DNA of 24,264 nucleotides, from sequence record OR992643; one strand, given 5' to 3'. Below, piece after piece: positions 14,045 through 23,133 of this stretch. This DNA is from Escherichia phage EP-M-A. Under the pieces are notes generated by a model, which was given only the letters and a program-made list of their open reading frames with translations, was not told where the DNA came from and ran no database searches. Made by a program: the position numbers and the translations under genes. The stretch's first letter is position 1. Every line of letters starts with the position of its first letter.

Positions 14045-15757
14045 CTATGGAAGCATTATCCCACCGTTTGAGGTCCCGTAAGTGCCCTGACTATTATTGG
14101 TTGAATATGAGTTCCACGCCTGCATTATCCCACCATTTACTGCGTAAAAACCCCATCCGCCATTACTGTAGGCGTTGGACCTATCTGCGTCTGCGGTACT
14201 AAGCCCATTACCTTCAACCACGCCCCCGTTTAGGGCATAGAAGCCGTGGCCTATATTGTTGTTAGATACACACGCGTGCGCCCACATACTCCCATTGCTA
14301 AGCGCGTAAAACCCAGCTACCTGATTTCCGAGGGCGTGCGACCGTTCGCAGTTTATAAACCCCCCAACTTCGGCACAGAAACCGAAACCAAGATTTTCAC
14401 CGTTTGTGTGCGCACAGTCCTGTGCGGTGCATCCGTAAGCATTAATCGTCGCAGCATATGCATGGTATCCGCAGTCCCCTGCCTGAACGGCGGTAGTCCC
14501 CTGACAGTTGATAGTGCCGCCGTACAACGCCTGGAATCCGTAATATATTCTTTCCGTACGAATGGCGGTTCCTGTTGATACCTTAGAACCTGACCCTATA
14601 ACACGAATAGCGGCTCCGTAACTTTGATTAGCCCATACACCCTTAGATGACCATCCTCCTACACCGAAAATATGGAAGCCGTTTATAACCGCGGCCCCAA
14701 ACCCATCTTCAAAAATAAAACCACACCCGTTGTCAGTAGTGTCTACTTGTAATTGACAGTCCAGAGGGTTTGACTCATTACCTATAATTTGCAAGGCGTG
14801 CCAGTCTTTTACCCTGGAACGAATGTTTTTAACCTGGTACACCCCATTATCGACCTGAATGCGAAACCACGCGTTATTAGCTGCACGTTTATAACTGAAG
14901 AAGTCAAGGGCCGCCTGGATAGTAGGGAACATTTCAGGAACCGACACAAGATACACAGCATTATCAACCGTGCGCGACGCAGGGAAGTTAACCCCGTTAA
15001 ACGTTATCACACCCGGGCCGTCGGATTTGGCTAACTGTGATATCGTCGATGCGGTAGTAGTCTTATATAAGCCGTGAGGGAAATAGTACACACCGGAGGC
15101 AAACGCGGCATGGAGTGCCGCAGTATCGTCGGTTACGCCGTCGCCTATTGCACCAAAATCTTTTACGGTTGGTGTGTCATTATTTTTTGAGTGCTGAGTG
15201 CGGATTACGGTGTTGTTAAAGTCGCCCTGGACTTTTATGTTGCTATCATCAACCAGGAGGCCACTGTTTGCAGATGCCAGTGATGTCTTATACGCTTCAA
15301 AATCGGAATTAAGTTCGGCCAGGTCTGACTCCACATTAGTCAGGTCACTGCGTAATGTAGGGTCCATAGTTAGCTTCCACGCACCAGCGGCGATGCCCCC
15401 GGTGGTAGCAGGAGTAGACGCAGCGGGGACCACTTTCGGCAAAGCGCCCTCCCAATTATACCACGCACCATCTCCGCCAGAACCTAAAGGCCATAACACC
15501 GCCTTATTACGGTCAGTCACGCTAAGAGTACCTCCAGTGTAAAAATCGAACGCCGCCGGTTCAAATCCTACATCTCTCAAAATGGCTGGCATTGTTTTCT
15601 GCACTTGCCCAGTAACAGCGTTGGTTGCGTGATCAATATCAGTACCAGTTGATACGCCGCCTGATTTGCCTGTGATAACCTCAGCCTCGAAAAGCTGGTG
15701 CTTCTTCGCAATCTGTAAATCCGCCAGGCTTAAAACGTCACCGCATCCGCTTGACAT
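14045..15757 (-). CDS. tailspike / tail fibre protein with pectate-lyase-type beta-helix domain and C-terminal Gly-rich repeats (candidate depolymerase), 570 aa
   Basis: KDFGAIGDGVTDDTAALHAAF is the signature of right-handed beta-helix glycanases; C-terminal GFYA(L/V)NGG repeated three times; AGAGGA Shine-Dalgarno; last gene of the tail operon. Confidence 0.75.
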   Translation of the reverse strand: MSSGCGDVLSLADLQIAKKHQLFEAEVITGKSGGVSTGTDIDHATNAVTGQVQKTMPAILRDVGFEPAAFDFYTGGTLSVTDRNKAVLWPLGSGGDGAWYNWEGALPKVVPAASTPATTGGIAAGAWKLTMDPTLRSDLTNVESDLAELNSDFEAYKTSLASANSGLLVDDSNIKVQGDFNNTVIRTQHSKNNDTPTVKDFGAIGDGVTDDTAALHAAFASGVYYFPHGLYKTTTASTISQLAKSDGPGVITFNGVNFPASRTVDNAVYLVSVPEMFPTIQAALDFFSYKRAANNAWFRIQVDNGVYQVKNIRSRVKDWHALQIIGNESNPLDCQLQVDTTDNGCGFIFEDGFGAAVINGFHIFGVGGWSSKGVWANQSYGAAIRVIGSGSKVSTGTAIRTERIYYGFQALYGGTINCQGTTAVQAGDCGYHAYAATINAYGCTAQDCAHTNGENLGFGFCAEVGGFINCERSHALGNQVAGFYALSNGSMWAHACVSNNNIGHGFYALNGGVVEGNGLSTADADRSNAYSNGGWGFYAVNGGIMQAWNSYSTNNSQGTYGTSNGGIMLP

Positions 15758-15769
15758 ATAGAGTCCTCT

Positions 15770-18325
15770 TTAATTAAAACCATTGCTGAATCCGTCGGAG
15801 AAACCGCGACCTAAAGGTGCGACGCCGTCGTATTTGTAGAATCCGTCGTCATAGTTGTAACCCGTAATCTTGACCGTGCGGTCGTCGCCCGGGTCGATTG
15901 AAGAAACAACTATCTTCTGGGCATTATGCCTTGCTTCGTTGCCGAATGAAAACTCAGTTTTTAGCGCACTATTCCCCGTGTAGATTGCCTCCTCAGGTGC
16001 GGAGAGCATAATCACTTCTCGGTCGTGGCTTCCTTTGATAACAGAGATACTCTGCACCGAGCCATCGCGCTTCTTAAGAATGATGGAGTGGTCATCGCCA
16101 GGAGTAAACGTAACAGGCTGGGATAGTGTAAGTGTAAGCCCATTAACGGCAACAACATAGCCATCCTGCGGCGCGATACGCGAGCCTTTAACCACGCTGA
16201 TTACGCCGCCGGGAGTAGCGAGAGCGCCTTCTTCGGTGGCTTCGAACTCTACGACAACTTTACTTAACGCGTTGCGCTGATAGCGACGCCACGCCAGCCA
16301 GTACGCTTGCTGATAGTTGCGCACGCCCTTAGATTCGTACTCCTCGGTGTTTGCTCCGAGTTCTTCCGGGATATAAATCGTTTCCTGTACGTTAGTATCC
16401 GGGTCGATGTACGAGAACGACAGACTATCGTAGGTTGTCGAATCGTTGAACGTGCGGGACCATTTCTCTGTACCGGTCGTCTTACTGCGGTGGGTGAACA
16501 CCATTTCAGGCCCAGCAACAGGACGGTCGAATCTCAGCATAATATCCGCGCCTTTACGGTACGCGGTACAGAACACGGCTTCAGCTATAGTCTGAACGAT
16601 GTCCTGCATCGTGGTGTCGTAGTCGTCGAACGTGTAACAGAACTGACCCGCTAATTCACTTCCGAAATAGGACTCAATCTCTTCCTGCACAGCAAGTAAC
16701 TTGTCCATGTTTGCCGTTGTCAGTTCCAGATTGCCAACCGCAGGGTCCCGAGCCAGTCTGATTAGTGACTGCACCGCCTGCGTGTTCGGAGTCATTACCG
16801 TATCGAATACACCATTACCGAGGTATTTGTAACACATCTCGGTTGCAATCATGCGCAGTTCCGGGTTGTCGATACTGGCGGCTCGCGGGGTCTGTTTACG
16901 GGCGCAATGTACCGTAGTTCTGTTACCGTAGTGGGGGGTTGTATCCAGAGACTGCCCGTACAGGTTGATGAACGTTATCTCGTCACTTACCGTACCGTCG
17001 AAATCTTTATCAGAGTTGCTAACCCGTCTAGCTCTTACGCGGACCCTGCTTGCCATTGGAAGGTAGCCGTAGGCGCTTGTTCCAGTGTAATCGGTGTTGC
17101 GACCAGTTACTACAACCCGTGTCGTGTAAATATCGCCAATCGGCTGTCTTTGTTCGTTTACCGCTTGAAATTGCAGCTCTATCGTGGCGCTTGCAGTGCT
17201 ATAGCTGCCGTTGTAGCGGTACATACCATTAGCGCCGGCGAAGTTAGCCAGGACACGGTCAACACTTCCTCTGGTGATGTAGTACCAGTCGGTTAGCGAC
17301 TTGTTGTATGTGTCCTGCGGGCGCATAGAGTTCTCTGCGTCGTTCCCCCGAATGGCATACCCTACGGCGGCGTTCCAGTCGGATTCGCGCCCTGTAATAT
17401 CTAGAGTAACCGTGTTTTCTGATACGTCTAAAACCCGGTAATGACCAGTAAGAGACACGTCGTTTGTCGTCCACATAGGGCTGCAAACTACGATGTCACC
17501 TACGGATATGTCTTCACTGAAATCTACCGCCGACGAAGTTTCGGTTAGGGTGCCGGTGTTGCCCGAGACGGATACGAATGCCGTTTCACCGTCAAAAACT
17601 ACGCCTAAATCGTTAGGTGCCTTAAGCACAACACCGTCAACATCATCGTTCATAAAAGTAATGTATAATTTTTGGTTTATAACGTCGCCGATCTGTAACT
17701 GCGGTGTAGTTGTGTTGTTTGGTGAAGTGTATGGGGCGTACACAGCAACAGAGGAGCCGGTAATACCGCTAATCTGGGTATCACCTTCTGTGACACCATC
17801 CGCTTCGATATGCAGATGCCCGCGCCCGGCGTCGTAGTATGAATACTCCAGCAAAGCACCAGTTGAGTTGAACGCCTTATACGTCTGCATCAGGTCATTA
17901 GGGATTGTCTGCACAGTACCGCATATGTCATAAGAGCGCTCGTAAGGTCGCGGCTTGTTGGAGCGGTCGGTAAGGCTGTTGTTCGGTGACGTTGTCTGAT
18001 TGTTGGTTGCTGAATAATTAGCGTTAGCCGCGGTGTTAAGCCCGAACAACTTAGCGATTGGCTTAAGGATAAAGCCGAATACCTTCCCAATAGCGTTACC
18101 TATCCCACCACCAGCGCCCTCAATAATGTGGTACACAGCGTCTTCATCTTTAAGCGCGTCGAAGTCGTCAGTTACGTCGGTATCATCACCAATCTCACCG
18201 AGATAGACGCGCACCGGCACGCCGTCCGGGATACGGTTAACGACAAACTCCATCGGCATCCCGACGTGTTTTGTACGGTCGAAAGCGCCTTCAGCGTTTC
18301 GCGTGTAGTGCAGGATTATCGCCAA
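15770..18325 (-). CDS. tail tip / central fibre protein (lambda J-like), 851 aa
   Basis: Large protein at the J position, downstream of M/L/K-like genes. The open frame begins at a TTG (18325); the first in-frame ATG is at 18259, so the start is uncertain. Confidence 0.65.
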   Translation of the reverse strand: MAIILHYTRNAEGAFDRTKHVGMPMEFVVNRIPDGVPVRVYLGEIGDDTDVTDDFDALKDEDAVYHIIEGAGGGIGNAIGKVFGFILKPIAKLFGLNTAANANYSATNNQTTSPNNSLTDRSNKPRPYERSYDICGTVQTIPNDLMQTYKAFNSTGALLEYSYYDAGRGHLHIEADGVTEGDTQISGITGSSVAVYAPYTSPNNTTTPQLQIGDVINQKLYITFMNDDVDGVVLKAPNDLGVVFDGETAFVSVSGNTGTLTETSSAVDFSEDISVGDIVVCSPMWTTNDVSLTGHYRVLDVSENTVTLDITGRESDWNAAVGYAIRGNDAENSMRPQDTYNKSLTDWYYITRGSVDRVLANFAGANGMYRYNGSYSTASATIELQFQAVNEQRQPIGDIYTTRVVVTGRNTDYTGTSAYGYLPMASRVRVRARRVSNSDKDFDGTVSDEITFINLYGQSLDTTPHYGNRTTVHCARKQTPRAASIDNPELRMIATEMCYKYLGNGVFDTVMTPNTQAVQSLIRLARDPAVGNLELTTANMDKLLAVQEEIESYFGSELAGQFCYTFDDYDTTMQDIVQTIAEAVFCTAYRKGADIMLRFDRPVAGPEMVFTHRSKTTGTEKWSRTFNDSTTYDSLSFSYIDPDTNVQETIYIPEELGANTEEYESKGVRNYQQAYWLAWRRYQRNALSKVVVEFEATEEGALATPGGVISVVKGSRIAPQDGYVVAVNGLTLTLSQPVTFTPGDDHSIILKKRDGSVQSISVIKGSHDREVIMLSAPEEAIYTGNSALKTEFSFGNEARHNAQKIVVSSIDPGDDRTVKITGYNYDDGFYKYDGVAPLGRGFSDGFSNGFN

Positions 18326-18681
18326 AATTCAATCTCCGTGTACGTGTCTCTGAGGTCCGCCAGCCTGTCAAGCCGTACCTGACGGGACGCAAGCTCGCAA
18401 TGACTCACCATACCATTGAAGTAAACTCCTGCGTGCCACACGATGCGACCCCCACGGCGATACCCCATAAGCACCGCACAGAAGTTTTCAGGCTTATCAA
18501 TTTTCGTAAGCCCCTTCGTGTTGCGGTGGCCTTCGTCGAACGCTTCATTAATTGCCGTTGGGCTTGTGACGTCGAACGCTGGCGTCTCTAACCCGGCATC
18601 CGCGCGGACAATGCGCACGTGATGCCAGCAATTACGTTTACGAAAGTCGTACGGTATGCCCGTGTAGTCGTTAATATTCAT
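18316..18681 (-). CDS. tail assembly protein with NlpC/P60-like Cys/His motifs (lambda K-like), 121 aa
   Basis: NCWHHV...HAGVY...SHC is consistent with an NlpC/P60 triad; position between the L-like and J-like genes; ATGA overlap with the upstream gene. Confidence 0.6.
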   Translation of the reverse strand: MNINDYTGIPYDFRKRNCWHHVRIVRADAGLETPAFDVTSPTAINEAFDEGHRNTKGLTKIDKPENFCAVLMGYRRGGRIVWHAGVYFNGMVSHCELASRQVRLDRLADLRDTYTEIEFWR

Positions 18682-19193
18682 GTGGTCAACAGCCCGCGTA
18701 ATAACGGTATCTCTTTAGGTGTCATCAGTATACCAGTGCTTCGTTGGTTCAGCATAGGTGTACCGACATCCGCGGAGAACTCGCCCTTTTCCTGGTTGAT
18801 GGCCTGCAACTCGTACACGACCGGGCCATCAGCGGGATAAGACAGGTCGGTGCTGACGTAACGGCGGAAGACGAATTTCGGCAACTCGGTGTTACTCATC
18901 GGGATTTTATCCATCTCATCGTCCAGTTGGTTGAGAATATCCGGTAAAGTAAACGTCGTCGTCTGGTCCATATCGCTGTTGTTAGAGGCCCCCGACGCTT
19001 CCATCGGGGTGGGTTCGAAGGTTATAGTTTCACCCGTCTCCAGTGTTGCCGTAAGTTCCTGTAGCCCGCGCACAAGATAGTACGTCTTCGATAGTAACGG
19101 GTGGCTGATTTGCAACGTGATGTAGTCCATCTCGCCGTCGGGATTTGAGGCCAGCTTACGGCGATAGGCTGCTTCTACTGATTCCTGACTCAT
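18678..19193 (-). CDS. minor tail protein (lambda L-like position), about 171 aa
   Basis: Gene order; start set at ATG 19193 (ATGA overlap with the upstream gene) rather than 19208. Confidence 0.55.
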   Translation of the reverse strand: MSQESVEAAYRRKLASNPDGEMDYITLQISHPLLSKTYYLVRGLQELTATLETGETITFEPTPMEASGASNNSDMDQTTTFTLPDILNQLDDEMDKIPMSNTELPKFVFRRYVSTDLSYPADGPVVYELQAINQEKGEFSADVGTPMLNQRSTGILMTPKEIPLLRGLLTT

Positions 19194-19690
19194 TGCATCG
19201 GGTCCCAAATTCGTGGAAACGTTGATTGCGCGGTTCCGTAGGCTTTAAGGAAACATCCCAGCCCGTCGCCATAGCAACCATACAAATCTGGTAGATTGTT
19301 AACAAGGCACTGGTTATCTTCATCCTGGAACGGTGATTTCTCGGCGGTTGCCGTGAAGGTAATTGTCCAGTTAATGCCGTCTTCGGTTGACTCCGCGATG
19401 GTGGACGTGATTGTTACCTGGTAATCCTCGATGCCCATGCCGAAGTCGTGCGCCATCCAGAAACTTGACGCACCGCCATCGACTTTCTCAAGGAACGACA
19501 GAAACGCCTTCCGCCCTAGTGCCGATGTAATCAGGGTTACGCTTATCGGGAACACGTCGTAATACGTGTCACGGCCCTGGCGCACACCACCACCTGCTAA
19601 ATCGACACTCCAGACGTTGTTGCGTCTGGTCATTGAGTAGCCTTTCGATACCACCGGCTTAAGGCTACGTGGGAAATATAAGTCGCTCAT
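19190..19690 (-). CDS. minor/distal tail protein (lambda M-like position), 166 aa
   Basis: Immediately downstream of the tape measure gene with a TAATG stop/start overlap. Confidence 0.55.
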   Translation of the reverse strand: MSDLYFPRSLKPVVSKGYSMTRRNNVWSVDLAGGGVRQGRDTYYDVFPISVTLITSALGRKAFLSFLEKVDGGASSFWMAHDFGMGIEDYQVTITSTIAESTEDGINWTITFTATAEKSPFQDEDNQCLVNNLPDLYGCYGDGLGCFLKAYGTAQSTFPRIWDPMQ

Positions 19691-21963
19691 TATTTAAACC
19701 CCGGCGCATTTCTTGTGGCCTTGCGGGCCTTGCTAATCTTACTGTTGCTGTTCTGCAAAGAGGCTGCCACTTGCTCCTCGATGATGATACGCAAACGGCC
19801 TTCATCATCTTGCTCGGTGGATACGTTGCCGATTTGAGAACTCGTGTTGTTTACGATGGTAACATTAGCCGGGCCGGAAGAAGACCCGTTTTGGCCCATA
19901 ATCTCTTTCATTTGCTGCGCGGTGCGCACACGCGATGCACCCGCGGGCATGATAACTTCCGGTTTACCGCGTTCGGCGATGGTGGAAGCCTGCCCTGCTG
20001 ATAGCTGCCCGCCCTGTTCACGCGCGGACCTGATAGCGGAAACCTGCGCCATACCCGCCCCAACGGCAGCGGCAGCGGCTACGGGAGCCAGGAACGGGCC
20101 GACTACAGGGATGGCAGCTGTTGACTTATAAGCCTCAATAGCTGCGGTGTACGTGGCGATAGTGGCCTGTACGATAGCGAATGCCTTATACGCGCCAGAA
20201 GCCTCACCCAACGCCGAACCGATGTTTGAAGCCATGTTACCAAAAGCGGTTGCCGTTGCGTCTGCGCGCTTGGTTGCGTACCGCTCATTGATAGCGTTGA
20301 GTGCCGCCTGATACTGTTCCTCGTTAATCAGACCCTGTTCGCGGTATTTATCTGCGACCGCCAGTTTCTGCTGTTCCTGGATGTCGAGAAGCTCGAGTTC
20401 AGTGGCGTTCTGGCCCATAATCTGAGCCATGAAGTCGTCACCTTTCTGCTGTTTTTCTTGGGCTTCTTTCTGGCGCTTATCCAGTTCATCTTGTCGTTTT
20501 TGCCCTGCTTCTAGGACAATAGCCGTTTTTGCTTGCTCGTATTCTTTCAGTGACAGCGCGCCCTGGCTGTAGAACTCTTTTGCCTTAGCCAGTTTCTGCT
20601 GTTCCTGGGCGTCAATAGCCTTTAACTCGTCGTTGTTCTGACGGGCCAAAGTGTCGAGGTAATCCTGGGCCTGTTTGCGCAATTGCTCTGCTTTCTTGGC
20701 GGCGGCTTTTGCTGCTTTATCGTCGGTTTCCCCCGTTCCACCAGTTCCGCCCTTTTTATTAACAAGGCTGGCTAAGTCAATTTCTTGCTTCTTGCGCTCG
20801 TCATACTGCTTGCGCTGTTCCTCAATTTCTTTCTTACGCTGCTTAGACCTGTTGGTAATGGCCTGTGATTCTGCCTCTGCTCGTTTTATGCTGGCGGCGT
20901 ATGCGGCGTCGGCTTCTGCGGTCAGGTTTTTAAATGTTAGCGCTGCCGTTTTGCTCGGGTCAAACACGTCGGCAAGGGTCTGGCCTAACGCTACGGCATA
21001 ATCGTCAATGCGCTGGAACCACGCGATAACCTCGTGGAATGTCTGCTGAATGTCGGGCAACCACTCACGGATAGCGTCCGGTATACCCCCCAGCGAGTCG
21101 GACATATCCACGGATTTGTCCTCGGTATCGTATGCCAGGTCGTTCAAGGCATCAGAGATAAACTTGAACGATTCATTGAACAGTGTTACCCAATCCTGGA
21201 GCGTGGCTGCTATCTCATTAGACGCGATGGCATCAGTAAGCGCCGTGATAGCATCTTCCGCCCTCGCAGCTTGCCCACCTACGGCGTCGCCGAAACCTGA
21301 TTGCGCCACCGCAAGTACAAGGCCGTCAAAGGAGTCCGCGAGGCTGGATAACTGCCCGTCAAGGGTTTTCGAACGCGTTTCCATCGCTCCGGCGAAATCA
21401 GTGTTACCAATATTCAGAAGGTATTTCTGAATCTCTTCGGAGTTCTTCTTAACCGTGGTGGTAACACCGCGGAACGTGAACGACACTGTATCCGCCTGCT
21501 GTGACGACTTGATACCAAACTCTTTCAGTCGCTCAAACTCAAATGTACTGGCGTCCGCCACAGCCTCAATCATCTGATTAAGGTCTTTGCCCATCGCAGC
21601 GGCGGTGTTGCCGTAGGAGATTAACGCCTCTTTGCTGGGGTTAAGACCAAGAGCTACAAGTTTAGTGAAGCCCTCGACCGCCTGATTGAGGCCATACGGG
21701 GTTTCTTTTGCGAACTGTTGCAGGACGCTGAAAGCCTTAGCCGCGTTCTCAGCACTCCCGGTCATTGTGATTAGGCCGGAGTTCAGCTTATCGAAGTTTC
21801 GCTGGGAGTCCACCAGCGCACTGAACACCTGCTTAGCGGTTTCCAGGCTGACAACGGCGGCAGCCGCAGCGCCTGCGGCTTTAGTAAGCCCGTTCAGTTG
21901 TGATGTGACTTTATCGACGCCGGTTGCGGATACTCGTACTATCAAGCTAGCGATATCAGCCAT
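19690..21963 (-). CDS. tail tape measure protein, about 757 aa
   Basis: Long Ala/Gln/Lys-rich alpha-helical protein with coiled-coil character (QQKLA repeated), between GT and M-like genes; start set at ATG 21963 (AAGGTAG upstream), not the TTG at 21978. Confidence 0.85.
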   Translation of the reverse strand: MADIASLIVRVSATGVDKVTSQLNGLTKAAGAAAAAVVSLETAKQVFSALVDSQRNFDKLNSGLITMTGSAENAAKAFSVLQQFAKETPYGLNQAVEGFTKLVALGLNPSKEALISYGNTAAAMGKDLNQMIEAVADASTFEFERLKEFGIKSSQQADTVSFTFRGVTTTVKKNSEEIQKYLLNIGNTDFAGAMETRSKTLDGQLSSLADSFDGLVLAVAQSGFGDAVGGQAARAEDAITALTDAIASNEIAATLQDWVTLFNESFKFISDALNDLAYDTEDKSVDMSDSLGGIPDAIREWLPDIQQTFHEVIAWFQRIDDYAVALGQTLADVFDPSKTAALTFKNLTAEADAAYAASIKRAEAESQAITNRSKQRKKEIEEQRKQYDERKKQEIDLASLVNKKGGTGGTGETDDKAAKAAAKKAEQLRKQAQDYLDTLARQNNDELKAIDAQEQQKLAKAKEFYSQGALSLKEYEQAKTAIVLEAGQKRQDELDKRQKEAQEKQQKGDDFMAQIMGQNATELELLDIQEQQKLAVADKYREQGLINEEQYQAALNAINERYATKRADATATAFGNMASNIGSALGEASGAYKAFAIVQATIATYTAAIEAYKSTAAIPVVGPFLAPVAAAAAVGAGMAQVSAIRSAREQGGQLSAGQASTIAERGKPEVIMPAGASRVRTAQQMKEIMGQNGSSSGPANVTIVNNTSSQIGNVSTEQDDEGRLRIIIEEQVAASLQNSNSKISKARKATRNAPGFK

Positions 21964-22288
21964 GGTTTCTACCTTCAAAGATTGCTTCTAAGCCCATGAT
22001 AATGTCTATCTCGAACAGGCTAAGCTGTTTTTTCGTAACGTCGAGATAGGCTTTCAGGTCTTGCCACGTAACGGATTCTCTTGCAAACAATACTACAGCG
22101 TCCTCGCGCACGTGTCGCGTAAACTTAATGTCGCAATACGTCTCAAAGGTGGATATAAAAAGGGGCGGACATTCCGGCCCACCCCGTCGCGCTGCACGTT
22201 TTTTCTTATCGATTACACCCATCGCGATAAGCGCCTGCTCGTGTCCGTCAGCTATAGAATCAAACTCTCTGATTTTATGCTTATCCAC
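21956..22288 (-). CDS. T segment of a putative G/GT tail assembly chaperone, reached by a programmed -1 frameshift
   Basis: This frame is open from 22345 (inside the G gene) to 21956, is the -1 frame relative to G, has no ATG of its own (GTG in the track), and ends just before the tape measure gene. Confidence 0.45.
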   Translation of the reverse strand: MDKHKIREFDSIADGHEQALIAMGVIDKKKRAARRGGPECPPLFISTFETYCDIKFTRHVREDAVVLFARESVTWQDLKAYLDVTKKQLSLFEIDIIMGLEAIFEGRNHG

Positions 22289-22320
22289 AAACTCGTAGGT
22301 GGCGAACCTGTACAGCGCGT

Positions 22321-22737
22321 CTACTTTTCCTGTAATGCTTTGCGCTCAGCGTTATGGAACGCGGCTACCTGTGTGCCTAATGCCTTGAACTGGTCGAGCA
22401 ACTTGTTAAACGCTTCCTTAGAGAAAGGCTCGTCAAAGCTCCAGCCGTTTACGACTTCTGCCGCAAGTTGCCGGTTGAGGTCTTCCGCCAGTTCGTTAAC
22501 CGCCAGGTTATATTCTGTATAGTCGCCGGAGGCTTTAGCGGTTTTTTCCAGTTCTTCGAAACGCGCCAGTCCGCGACGGTACGCGATAATGAAAGCACGC
22601 CCCGCTTTAACGGCAGCATCCGCATCCGGATTTACAACATTAAGCCATTCCCCTGAGTCTTCACCATTTGGCAGGAGAATCGGCATCTTCTTGCCTACCA
22701 GTGCTTTCTCTTCGAAATAAAAATCAGAAAGTTTCAT
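22321..22737 (-). CDS. tail assembly chaperone (lambda G-like), 138 aa
   Basis: Size and position immediately upstream of GT and tape measure; AAAGGA Shine-Dalgarno; putative slippery site G-GAA-AAG at the last two sense codons. Confidence 0.6.
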   Translation of the reverse strand: MKLSDFYFEEKALVGKKMPILLPNGEDSGEWLNVVNPDADAAVKAGRAFIIAYRRGLARFEELEKTAKASGDYTEYNLAVNELAEDLNRQLAAEVVNGWSFDEPFSKEAFNKLLDQFKALGTQVAAFHNAERKALQEK

Positions 22738-22857
22738 TCTTTAATCCTTTGGTTAAGAGGTTACAGGTTAAGGGAAATGCGCCAGACGGGAACCACCCGC
22801 TTTTCGTGTGCGACACTAGGCGCAAAATTATTCTATCACATTACTTGCGTACCCCAA

Positions 22858-22875
22858 TATAATAGGGTACTATTC
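22858..22875. promoter_or_regulatory. divergent control region: consensus -10 TATAAT (22858-22863) overlapping palindrome AATAG-ggta-CTATTC (22861-22875)
   Basis: Palindrome copy between the leftward tail operon and the rightward Imm gene; leader motif ACACCAACAAT as after the 11220 promoter. Orientation and -35 are ambiguous. Confidence 0.45.
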
Positions 22876-22903
22876 ACTTACACCAACAATGAAGGGGTTT
22901 AAA

Positions 22904-23095
22904 ATGTCCAGTTTACCAGTTTCCTTAATTCTGTTTGCACTGCTCGCTTATTTCGCGCCTTTCCTGGTTGCGTACTTCCGTAACCATAAAGCGAAGTTGG
23001 CGATATTCATGGCTAATCTGTTTCTTGGCTGGGTTCTGCTGCCGTGGGTATTTATTTTAATCTGGGCTTGCAACTCGAACGTGAAAGAGAAGTAG
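22904..23095 (+). CDS. small membrane protein resembling superinfection immunity (Imm-type) proteins, 63 aa
   Basis: Two hydrophobic segments and the pattern YFAPFLVAYFRNH...NLFLGWVLLPWVFILIWA; GAAGGGG Shine-Dalgarno 6 nt upstream of ATG 22904 (the track ORF starts at 22889). Family assignment is from memory. Confidence 0.55.
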   Translation: MSSLPVSLILFALLAYFAPFLVAYFRNHKAKLAIFMANLFLGWVLLPWVFILIWACNSNVKEK

Positions 23096-23133
23096 GCTAC
23101 TATAAGACAAATCCTAAACACGAGGAAGTAAGC

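Noticed and set aside
14246-21991. Numerous plus-strand ORFs (60-129 aa) antisense within the tail genes
   Set aside because: Shadow ORFs inside the long minus-strand tail genes; no motifs or initiation signals.
22850-22888. Assigning a definite orientation to the promoter in the 22858-22875 control region
   Set aside because: A perfect TATAAT exists on the plus strand but without a convincing -35, and the minus-strand reading has only a weak -35; the region is reported as bidirectional regulatory DNA.
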